Below are positions 57,335 to 64,000 of a stretch of 64,000 bases of DNA, piece by piece. Each line of letters begins with the position of its first letter. Positions within the stretch are counted from its first letter, which is position 1. The translations under genes and the position numbers were made by a program. The notes below the pieces were generated by a model that was not told the DNA's origin, did no database searches, and worked only from the letters and a program-made list of their open reading frames with translations. Origin of the DNA: an uncultured Actinomycetes bacterium (GTDB lineage: Bacteria; Actinomycetota; UBA4738; HRBIN12); the NCBI GenBank assembly GCA_964640085.1, contig CAZXFA010000010.1, positions 9,805 through 73,804 on the forward strand, read 5' to 3'.

Positions 57335-58375
57335 ATGCCCATCGCGTGGGACAGGTTCCGGGACCCGATGCCGTCGATCCTGCACGCGGCCGGGGCGACG
57401 CCGCTCGTTCACCTCAACCGCATCGCGCCCGAGGGCGTGGAGCTACTGGTGAAGGTCGAATGGTATGGCCCGACCGGATCGGTGAAGGACCGGATCTACG
57501 GACGGATGCTCGAGGCGGCGCAGGAGCGCGGCGAGCTCCGTCCGGGCATGACGGTGATCGAATGCAGCACCGGCAACGCCGGGATCGCGTGCGCCGCCGT
57601 CGCCGCGATCCTCGGGTACCCGTGCGTGATCGTGATGCCCGAAGGGATGAGCGAGGAGCGTAAGCGGATGATCCACGCCTACGGCGCGCAGCTCGTGCAG
57701 ACGCCCGGCGCCGGCACCGACATCGATCTCGCCTTCGCCAGGATGCGCGAGATCGTGGGTGCCGACCCGGACCGCTACTACTTCCCGGGCGAGTTCGAGA
57801 ACCCCGACAACCCGGAGGCCCAGGTGGTCTCCGGCGAGGAGATCTGGGAGCAGACCGGCGGCGAGCTCGATGCGGTCGTCGGCGCCCAGGGGACCGGCGG
57901 GTGGATCAGCGGCGTCGCCACGGCGCTCAAGGCCCACGAGCCGTCGGTTCGCGCGTACGCCGTCGAGCCGGCCGAGTGCCCGCTCCTCACCGAGGGGCGG
58001 TGGGGCGTCCACGGGGTGCCGGGGATCGCCGACGGGATCGTCCCCGCGAACCTCGACCTCGCCTCTCTGGACGGCGTGGTCGTGGCCTCGACCGACGAGG
58101 CGCTGAACACGGCGCGGCGGCTCGCCCGCCACGAGGGCATCCTCTGTGGGCCCTCGTCGGGGCTGAACGTGGCCGCCAGCCTGAAGGTGGCCGAGGCTCA
58201 CCCGGAGCTCCGACGCATCGTGACGCTCGTGGCCGACACGGGGCAGCGGTACCTGTCGGGCGAGCTGTTCGGGGAGCGCCCCTACGTCGACATCCCGGAG
58301 CGGGACCACGCGATCGACCCGGAGACCGAGGAGCGGTTGCGAGGCCATCGCGATCGCCTCGAGTTCATCGGTTGA
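57335..58375 (+). CDS. cysteine synthase / PLP-dependent beta-replacement enzyme family (CysK/CysM/CBS-like)
   Basis: PLP lysine region (GSVKDR), the STGNAG motif, and a Gly-rich loop (GTGGW). Confidence 0.8.
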   Translation: MPIAWDRFRDPMPSILHAAGATPLVHLNRIAPEGVELLVKVEWYGPTGSVKDRIYGRMLEAAQERGELRPGMTVIECSTGNAGIACAAVAAILGYPCVIVMPEGMSEERKRMIHAYGAQLVQTPGAGTDIDLAFARMREIVGADPDRYYFPGEFENPDNPEAQVVSGEEIWEQTGGELDAVVGAQGTGGWISGVATALKAHEPSVRAYAVEPAECPLLTEGRWGVHGVPGIADGIVPANLDLASLDGVVVASTDEALNTARRLARHEGILCGPSSGLNVAASLKVAEAHPELRRIVTLVADTGQRYLSGELFGERPYVDIPERDHAIDPETEERLRGHRDRLEFIG

Positions 58376-58494
58376 GCCCGAAGGGGTTGAGCCCGAAGGG
58401 TCCTCATCTGGACACGATCGGCCTCATCGCACGCGAGCGCCGCGTTTTGAACGTCCGTTCAGGACGCGGCGTATGCTGCCGGCGGAGGTGAGCC

Positions 58495-59673
58495 ATGAGC
58501 ACCCACCCGATGTCCGCGGAGGATCGCGAGATCCAGGAGCGCGCCCGCCGGTTCGTTGACGATGAGCTGATCCCGCACGAGGTCGAAGCCGAGATGCACG
58601 GCGGGCGGCTCCCCGACGAGCTCCGCGATCGGCACCATCGCCTCGCGATCGAGCTCGGGCTGTTCGCGATGAACATGCCGAGGGAGCTCGGCGGGGCAGG
58701 TATGACCACGTTCCAGCAGGTCCTGGTCTCCGAGCAGATCGGGCGGGTGACGAACGGGCTCGGATGGTGCGTCCACACCCCGGCCGCCTGGGCGCCGGAG
58801 GTCGTCTCGCCGGAGCAGCTCGAGCGTTGGATCGTTCCCACGATCCGGGGCGAGCGCCACGAGTGCTACGCGATCACCGAGGCCGGGGCGGGATCGGACG
58901 TCGACGCGATCGAGGCGACGGCCCGGCGCGAAGCCGACGGGTACGTGCTGAACGGGGTGAAGATGCACGTGACCTCCTACAACACCGCGGACTACCTCTT
59001 CTTCCAGGCCAAGATCGCCGACGGCCCGCATGAGGGCGAGCACGCGATGTTCTTCGTGGACAAGGACACACCGGGCGTCCGGTTGGTCCGCGAGCCCGCC
59101 TACTCGCATACGTACGCCGATTCGCACGCGGTGGTCGCGTTCGAGGACGTCCGCGTCCCGCTATCGAACCTGATCGGCGCCGAGGGAGACGGCCTGGCGT
59201 TCACCTACGAGTGGTTCCGGTACGAGCGGCTGATGATCGCCGCCCGGTGCTGCGGCGCGGCCGAGCGTCTGATCGATGAGGCCACCGCATTCGCGAAGGA
59301 GCGTGTGCAGTTCGGACGGCCGATCGTAGAGAACCAGGCGATCTCGCACATGCTGGCCGACTCGTTGACCGAGCTGTGGGCCGCTCGGCTGATGACCTAC
59401 GAGCTGGCGAGGAACATCGACCGTGGCGTCGACGTGAAGGTCCAGCACGCCCAGTGCTCGATGGCCAAGCTGTTCGGGAGCGAGATGGCCGGTCGGGTCG
59501 CCGACCGAGCGGTCCAGATCTTCGGCGGCCGCGGCTACATGCGCGAGAACGTCGCCGAGCGGTTCTGGCGCGAGGTGCGCGTTGACCGGATCTGGGAAGG
59601 CACCTCGGAGATCCAGCGGAACATCGTGGCCGATCAGCTCGCCAAACGCGGACCCCGTATCCTTGTCGGCTGA
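58495..59673 (+). CDS. acyl-CoA dehydrogenase
   Basis: ACAD N-terminal, middle and C-terminal domains (YAITEAGAGSDV, QIFGGRGY). Confidence 0.85.
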   Translation: MSTHPMSAEDREIQERARRFVDDELIPHEVEAEMHGGRLPDELRDRHHRLAIELGLFAMNMPRELGGAGMTTFQQVLVSEQIGRVTNGLGWCVHTPAAWAPEVVSPEQLERWIVPTIRGERHECYAITEAGAGSDVDAIEATARREADGYVLNGVKMHVTSYNTADYLFFQAKIADGPHEGEHAMFFVDKDTPGVRLVREPAYSHTYADSHAVVAFEDVRVPLSNLIGAEGDGLAFTYEWFRYERLMIAARCCGAAERLIDEATAFAKERVQFGRPIVENQAISHMLADSLTELWAARLMTYELARNIDRGVDVKVQHAQCSMAKLFGSEMAGRVADRAVQIFGGRGYMRENVAERFWREVRVDRIWEGTSEIQRNIVADQLAKRGPRILVG

Positions 59674-60125
59674 TGGAGCGGGACGATCTGACCCGGCGTG
59701 AGGCGGCGGCCTGGCGCGCCTTCGTGGCGGTCGTCGACGGCGTCCCTGCGGCCGACCACGAACGGCGGGGCGTGAACATCGAGGGCTGGACGGTCAAGGA
59801 CGTGCTGTGGCACGTCGCTTACTGGTGGGACGACCTGGCCGGCACGCTCGAACGGATCCGGGCGGGGACGTTCGCGGAGCCGCCGGACGACGACGGGACC
59901 GACGAGGAGAACGCCCGGGTGCTCGAGGCGTCGCGACGCATGCCCCTGGACGAGGTCCGGAGCGGGCTGGGCGCGGCGAGGGCGCGCATGCTCGCTGCCT
60001 GGGCAGCGCTCCCGGCCGTCGACCAGGTGGCCGTCAAGCACTTCGTGTGGGAGACGATCGAGCACTACGAGGAGCACGAGCCGGACCTCCGACGGTTCGC
60101 CGAGGAGCACGGCCGGATCGGCTGA
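59673..60125 (+). CDS. DinB/MDMPI-N-like four-helix-bundle protein (actinobacterial TIGR03083-like), hypothetical
   Basis: 150 aa with the pattern W..K.VLWH...W. The ATG overlaps the ACAD stop (TGATG). Confidence 0.45.
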   Translation: MERDDLTRREAAAWRAFVAVVDGVPAADHERRGVNIEGWTVKDVLWHVAYWWDDLAGTLERIRAGTFAEPPDDDGTDEENARVLEASRRMPLDEVRSGLGAARARMLAAWAALPAVDQVAVKHFVWETIEHYEEHEPDLRRFAEEHGRIG

Positions 60126-60127
60126 TC

Positions 60128-60787
60128 TCAGACCGCACGCGGTCCCTCGAGCTCGAAGCCGAGCTCCCGGGCGGCCACCGCCATGCACGTCCGGTGCATC
60201 AACTGCGGCGTGACCTTCGAGTCATTCAACGCCACTTGGATCGCGAGGCCGTCGATCACACAGGCGAGCCGGAGCGCGAGCTCCTCGGGATCCTCGGTGG
60301 CGGTGAACTCGCCCGAGGCCTGCCCGGCCCGTACGACGTCGGCGATCTGCGAGCGCCAACGCTCGTCCAGCACCTCGCGCTCCCTGGCGGTGGCCGGATC
60401 GCGCAGGGCGCGCACCCAGATCTCGATCCACAGGGCCCATTCGTCCAGCCGTCCGAACTCCGGGAGGTACCCCGGAACGGAGAGGTCGACAAGTCGACGC
60501 AGCTGCTCCCGGGCGCTCGGGATGCGGCGGATCTCCCGCGAGGTCCGCAGGTAGAACTGGTCGTTCGCGTAGGTCAGGGCCTCGGCCAGGAGGCGATCCT
60601 TGGACTCGAAGTAGTAGAGGATGAGGCCCGGAGAGACCCCGGCCTCCTCGGCGATGTCGGAGATCCGCGTCTCGGCGAGCCCGCGCTCCGTGATCACCCT
60701 GGCGGCCGCGTCCAGGATCTCCTGGTGCCGGTCCTTGCCCTGCTTGACCGCCGGCTTGGGACCCTGCCGCTGGCTCTGCGCGCTCAT
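60128..60787 (-). CDS. TetR-family transcriptional regulator
   Basis: HTH (ETRISDIAEEAGVSPGLILYYFESKDRLL). ATG 60787 with SD GGAGGGAG. The track ORF extends to 60859. Confidence 0.8.
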   Translation of the reverse strand: MSAQSQRQGPKPAVKQGKDRHQEILDAAARVITERGLAETRISDIAEEAGVSPGLILYYFESKDRLLAEALTYANDQFYLRTSREIRRIPSAREQLRRLVDLSVPGYLPEFGRLDEWALWIEIWVRALRDPATAREREVLDERWRSQIADVVRAGQASGEFTATEDPEELALRLACVIDGLAIQVALNDSKVTPQLMHRTCMAVAARELGFELEGPRAV

Positions 60788-60964
60788 GCTGCTCCCTCCG
60801 AACGTGCCGGCACGCGACGGCGCCATTGAACCACAGTTCAGGGGATGCGGGCGGGGCAACCGCTCGCGACGTGCCCGGGGGTAGCGGCGTCGAACTTGAC
60901 CGGCTGTTCAAACCGCGGGAGGATGAGCCGGTCCCGCGATCGGAAACGTGACGAGGAGGCCCCC

Positions 60965-62587
60965 ATGGCCAACGTCTACGACGCCATCGTGATCGGCGGG
61001 GGCCACAACGGGCTCGTCGCCGGGGCGTACCTCGCCCGGGCGGGGGCCCGGACGGTGGTCCTCGAGGCCCGCGACAAGGCGGGAGGGGCCGCCGACACGA
61101 GCCGCCCCTTCTCCGATCACCCGGAGATCGGCGTGACCACCTACTCGTACGTGATGTCGCTGATGCCCCCGACGATCATCAACGAGCTCAACCTGAAGCG
61201 CCACGGCTACGACGTCACGCCGTTCGGGCCCTACTACCAGGCGTTCCCGGACGGGCGCTCGATCAAGGTCTACGCCGACGATGCCGCCAAGAGCCACGAG
61301 TCGATCTCGAGGTTCTCCAAGAAGGACGCGGAGACGCTCCCCAGGTGGGAGGAGTGGCTCGCGGGGGTCGCAGACATCCTGGGACCGCTGTTGCTGCACG
61401 TCCCCCCGAAGGTGGGCTCGATGGCGCTCGGGGACGTGCTCGACACCGTGCGGACCGCCTGGAAGGCGCGGAAGCTCGGCGTGCGGGGCGTCGGCGACGT
61501 GACCAAGCTGTTCTCGATGAGCGTGACCGACCTGCTGGACGAGTGGTTCGAGTCCGACGCGATCAAGGGCATGCTCGCCGTGAACGGCGTGATCGGGACC
61601 TGGGCGGGTCCGGACGAGCCCGGCACCGCCTACGTGATGCTCCACCACTCGATCGGCGACGTCGGCGACGGGCACCTGGGCTCGTGGGGGTTCCAGCAGG
61701 GCGGGATGGGCGCCGTGGCGGACTCGATCCGCCGAGCATCGGAGTCCTTCGGGTGTGAGGTCCGCACCGGGGCCAAGGTGGCGAAGGTCCTCACCCGCGG
61801 CGGCCGGTTCGTCGGCGTCGCGCTCCAGGGCGGCGAGGAGCTCCGGGCACCCCTCGGCGTCACCACGATCCACCCCAAGATCGCCTTCCTGGATCTGATC
61901 GATCGGACCGAGCTGCCCCCCGACTTCGTGTGGGACATCGAGCGATGGAAGACGCGCTCGGGCGTGGTGAAGATCAACGTGGCCCTGTCCGAGCTGCCCG
62001 ACTTCATCGCCGATCCCGGGAAGGAGATGCAGGATCACCACACCGGCTCGGTGGAGCTGTGCTTCAGCCCCCGCTACGCGGAGGAGGCCTTCCAGGACGC
62101 CCACATCGGTCGCAAGGCCGCCGAGCGCCCCTTCGTGGACGGCGTGATCCCCACGACGTTGGACAAGCAGCTCGCCCCGGAGGGCGTCCACATCTTCTCG
62201 ATGTTCAGTCAGTGGGTGCCGGACGACTGGGTGCAGGAACCGCACCGCCGGGAGCTCGAGGCGTACGCGGACCGGATCATCGACATCTACACGGAGCTCG
62301 CGCCCAACTTCAAGAGCGCCGTGATCGATCGGCAGGTGATCGGGCCCTACGACATGGAGCAGGAGCTCGGGCTGATCGGCGGCAACATCTTCCACGGCGA
62401 GCTGTCGGTAGACCAGCTGTTCCACATGCGGCCGGCGCCGGGGTTCGCGGACTACCGAACACCGATCCGGGGCCTCTACCACGGGAGCTCGGCCACCCAC
62501 GCCGGCGGCGGCGTGAACGGGATCCCGGGTTGGCAGGCGTTCCGGCAGGCGAAGAAGGACCGCGCCGTCAGCGCGAAGAAGCAGTAG
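60965..62587 (+). CDS. FAD/NAD(P)-binding oxidoreductase of the phytoene-desaturase (CrtI)-related family
   Basis: DAIVIGGGHNGLVAGAYLARAG dinucleotide motif and amine-oxidase-like length (540 aa). SD GAGGAGG. Divergent from the TetR gene. Confidence 0.75.
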   Translation: MANVYDAIVIGGGHNGLVAGAYLARAGARTVVLEARDKAGGAADTSRPFSDHPEIGVTTYSYVMSLMPPTIINELNLKRHGYDVTPFGPYYQAFPDGRSIKVYADDAAKSHESISRFSKKDAETLPRWEEWLAGVADILGPLLLHVPPKVGSMALGDVLDTVRTAWKARKLGVRGVGDVTKLFSMSVTDLLDEWFESDAIKGMLAVNGVIGTWAGPDEPGTAYVMLHHSIGDVGDGHLGSWGFQQGGMGAVADSIRRASESFGCEVRTGAKVAKVLTRGGRFVGVALQGGEELRAPLGVTTIHPKIAFLDLIDRTELPPDFVWDIERWKTRSGVVKINVALSELPDFIADPGKEMQDHHTGSVELCFSPRYAEEAFQDAHIGRKAAERPFVDGVIPTTLDKQLAPEGVHIFSMFSQWVPDDWVQEPHRRELEAYADRIIDIYTELAPNFKSAVIDRQVIGPYDMEQELGLIGGNIFHGELSVDQLFHMRPAPGFADYRTPIRGLYHGSSATHAGGGVNGIPGWQAFRQAKKDRAVSAKKQ

Positions 62588-62597
62588 CGTCGGTCGC

Positions 62598-64000
62598 GTG
62601 AGCGCTGGGATCGTGTCCGCGGAGGAGCGGACCGCGCTCGAGCGCATGCTCGAGGCGCGCTCGGTCGCAGTGATCGGGGCGAGCGGGCGCGAGGGCACGG
62701 TCGGGCGCCAGACGATGGTCGAGCTGCTCGACAAGGGCCGGTTCGACGGACCCGTCTTCCCGGTGAACCCGCGGTACGACGAGCTGTTCGGGCATCGCTG
62801 CTACGGGTCGATCGCCGAGGTCCCCGAGCCGGTGGACCTCGCCGTGATCTCCCTCGCCAACACGCTGCTGGAGGACACGCTCGCGGCGTGCGCGGCAGCC
62901 GGCGTCGGCTCCGCCGTGATCTACGCCAGCGGGTACGAGGAGCCCCCGGAGGGGACGCCGCCCCTGACCGAACGCCTCGCGACTATCGCTCGGGACGCGG
63001 GGATGGCGATCTGCGGCGGCAACTGCATGGGGTTCGTCAACGTGGAGTGCGGGCTGCGGGCGACCGGTTGGGAGGAGCCGGCCGTGATCGAGCCCGGCGG
63101 CATCGCGTTCGTGAGCCACTCGGGTTCGGCGTTCGCGGCGTTCCTCCACAACGACCGGAACCTACGCTTCAACCTCGCTGTGTCCTCGGGGCAGGAGTTC
63201 GTCACGACGACCGCGGACTACATGACCTACGCGCTCGGCCTGGAGAGCACCCGCACGATCGGGCTGTTCGTCGAGACGATCCGGGATCCACGGACGTTCG
63301 TCGCGGCGATGGGGATGGCCAACGAGCGCGATGTCCCGGTCGTGATCCTGAAGGTGGGGAGGGAGGCGTTCACCCGGGAGATGGTCACGGCGCACTCGGG
63401 GGCCCTGGCTGGCGAGGATGGTGCGTACGAGGCGCTGTTCGAGGCGTACGGGGTCCACCGGGTGGAGTCGCTCGACGAGATGGCCGACACGCTGGCGCTA
63501 TTCGAGGCGGGCCGGCGTGCGGGGCCGGGCGCGCTCGCGACCGCGCACGATTCGGGCGGCGAGCGCGCGATGACGATCGACGCCGCGGCGTCGGCAGGGG
63601 TGCCGCTCGCGGCGCTCGAGCCGGAGACCGTGCAGCGGCTCGAGAGCCTGCTCGACCCGGGGTTGCCGGCCGTGAACCCGCTGGACTTCTGGGGGACGGG
63701 TCGAGAGGCGGGCGAGGTCATCACGGGCTCGCTCCGCGCACTGGTCGAGGATCCGAACGTGGCCGCGCTGGCGTTCGGCGTCGACATGGTCACGGACGAT
63801 GCGGACGAGGAGGGCTACTTCGCCTGCTTCCTGCGTGTCTGGCCCGAGACCGACAAGCCGATGGCGATGCTGAGCAACTTCGCCGGCGGGATCGACCGGA
63901 ACGACGTGCTGCGGATCCACGCGGCGGGGGCGCCGACGCTCGAGGGGACGCTCACCGGCCTGGCCGCGTTCCGGCACCTGTTCGAGCACCGCGACCACCG
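62598..64000 (+). CDS. ADP-forming acyl-CoA synthetase paralog (CoA-binding, CoA-ligase domains), 3' end beyond the window
   Basis: Not in the ORF track because it has no stop in the window. Translation from GTG 62598 reads VSAGIVSAEERTALERMLEARSVAVIGASGREGTVGRQ...PVNPRYDEL...CGGNCMGFVN..., which parallels the 52981 gene. Confidence 0.7.
   Translation, partial: MSAGIVSAEERTALERMLEARSVAVIGASGREGTVGRQTMVELLDKGRFDGPVFPVNPRYDELFGHRCYGSIAEVPEPVDLAVISLANTLLEDTLAACAAAGVGSAVIYASGYEEPPEGTPPLTERLATIARDAGMAICGGNCMGFVNVECGLRATGWEEPAVIEPGGIAFVSHSGSAFAAFLHNDRNLRFNLAVSSGQEFVTTTADYMTYALGLESTRTIGLFVETIRDPRTFVAAMGMANERDVPVVILKVGREAFTREMVTAHSGALAGEDGAYEALFEAYGVHRVESLDEMADTLALFEAGRRAGPGALATAHDSGGERAMTIDAAASAGVPLAALEPETVQRLESLLDPGLPAVNPLDFWGTGREAGEVITGSLRALVEDPNVAALAFGVDMVTDDADEEGYFACFLRVWPETDKPMAMLSNFAGGIDRNDVLRIHAAGAPTLEGTLTGLAAFRHLFEHRDH

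Overview
This 64 kb window is high-GC (about 70%) DNA from an actinobacterial-type chromosome. The assignment rests on several family hits: an F420-dependent LLM oxidoreductase, two MMPL transporters, a tdh-kbl pair, a cold-shock protein and many translationally coupled GTGA/ATGA gene junctions. It is densely coding, with roughly 60 genes and almost no mobile DNA; the only decayed patch is a frameshifted FAD oxidoreductase next to an IS3-family transposase remnant at 35.4-37.5 kb. No tRNA, rRNA or CRISPR array was recognised.

Gene content by region:
- Redox and envelope: MauE-like protein plus TlpA-like thioredoxin; cupredoxin lipoprotein next to an OmpR/histidine-kinase pair.
- Molybdenum cofactor: MttB-family methyltransferase, a DUF6457-like small protein and MoaA on one strand, facing a MogA-XdhC fusion gene.
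- Hydrolases: SAM methyltransferase, sulfatase, and two convergent PLC/AcpA-like phosphoesterases.
- Stress and central metabolism: KamA-family radical SAM aminomutase, cold-shock protein, transketolase, adenine deaminase, DEAD-box helicase, Tdh-Kbl, aldehyde dehydrogenase.
- Transport: two TetR-MMPL efflux pairs (a third TetR sits beside a CrtI-like oxidoreductase), a split Pot-type polyamine ABC transporter, an EamA transporter.
- Acyl-CoA metabolism: crotonase, acyl-CoA dehydrogenase, and two ADP-forming acyl-CoA synthetases.

The most interesting locus (2.1-6.6 kb) looks like a cyclic-nucleotide signalling module:
- A signal-peptide, single-pass membrane protein is translationally coupled to an M50 (site-2-type) intramembrane metalloprotease that carries two C-terminal cNMP-binding domains.
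- Next come a Cys-rich zinc-ribbon ORF and two perfect CRP/FNR-type palindromes (TGTGA-N6-TCACA and CGTGA-N6-TCACG).
- These lie in front of an unannotated 48-aa lysine/arginine-rich ORF with a (TKRQ)x5 repeat, which ends in a perfect 15-bp hairpin.
- A Crp/Fnr-family regulator follows, coupled to a small 2-TM protein.

A second candidate system (38.3-42.2 kb) is a four-gene translationally coupled operon: a zinc-ribbon small protein, a 902-aa PEP-utilising (PpsA/rifampicin-phosphotransferase-like) enzyme, and two small membrane proteins.

All calls come from reading the translations and DNA motifs directly. No database search was run, and family names are from memory of conserved motifs.
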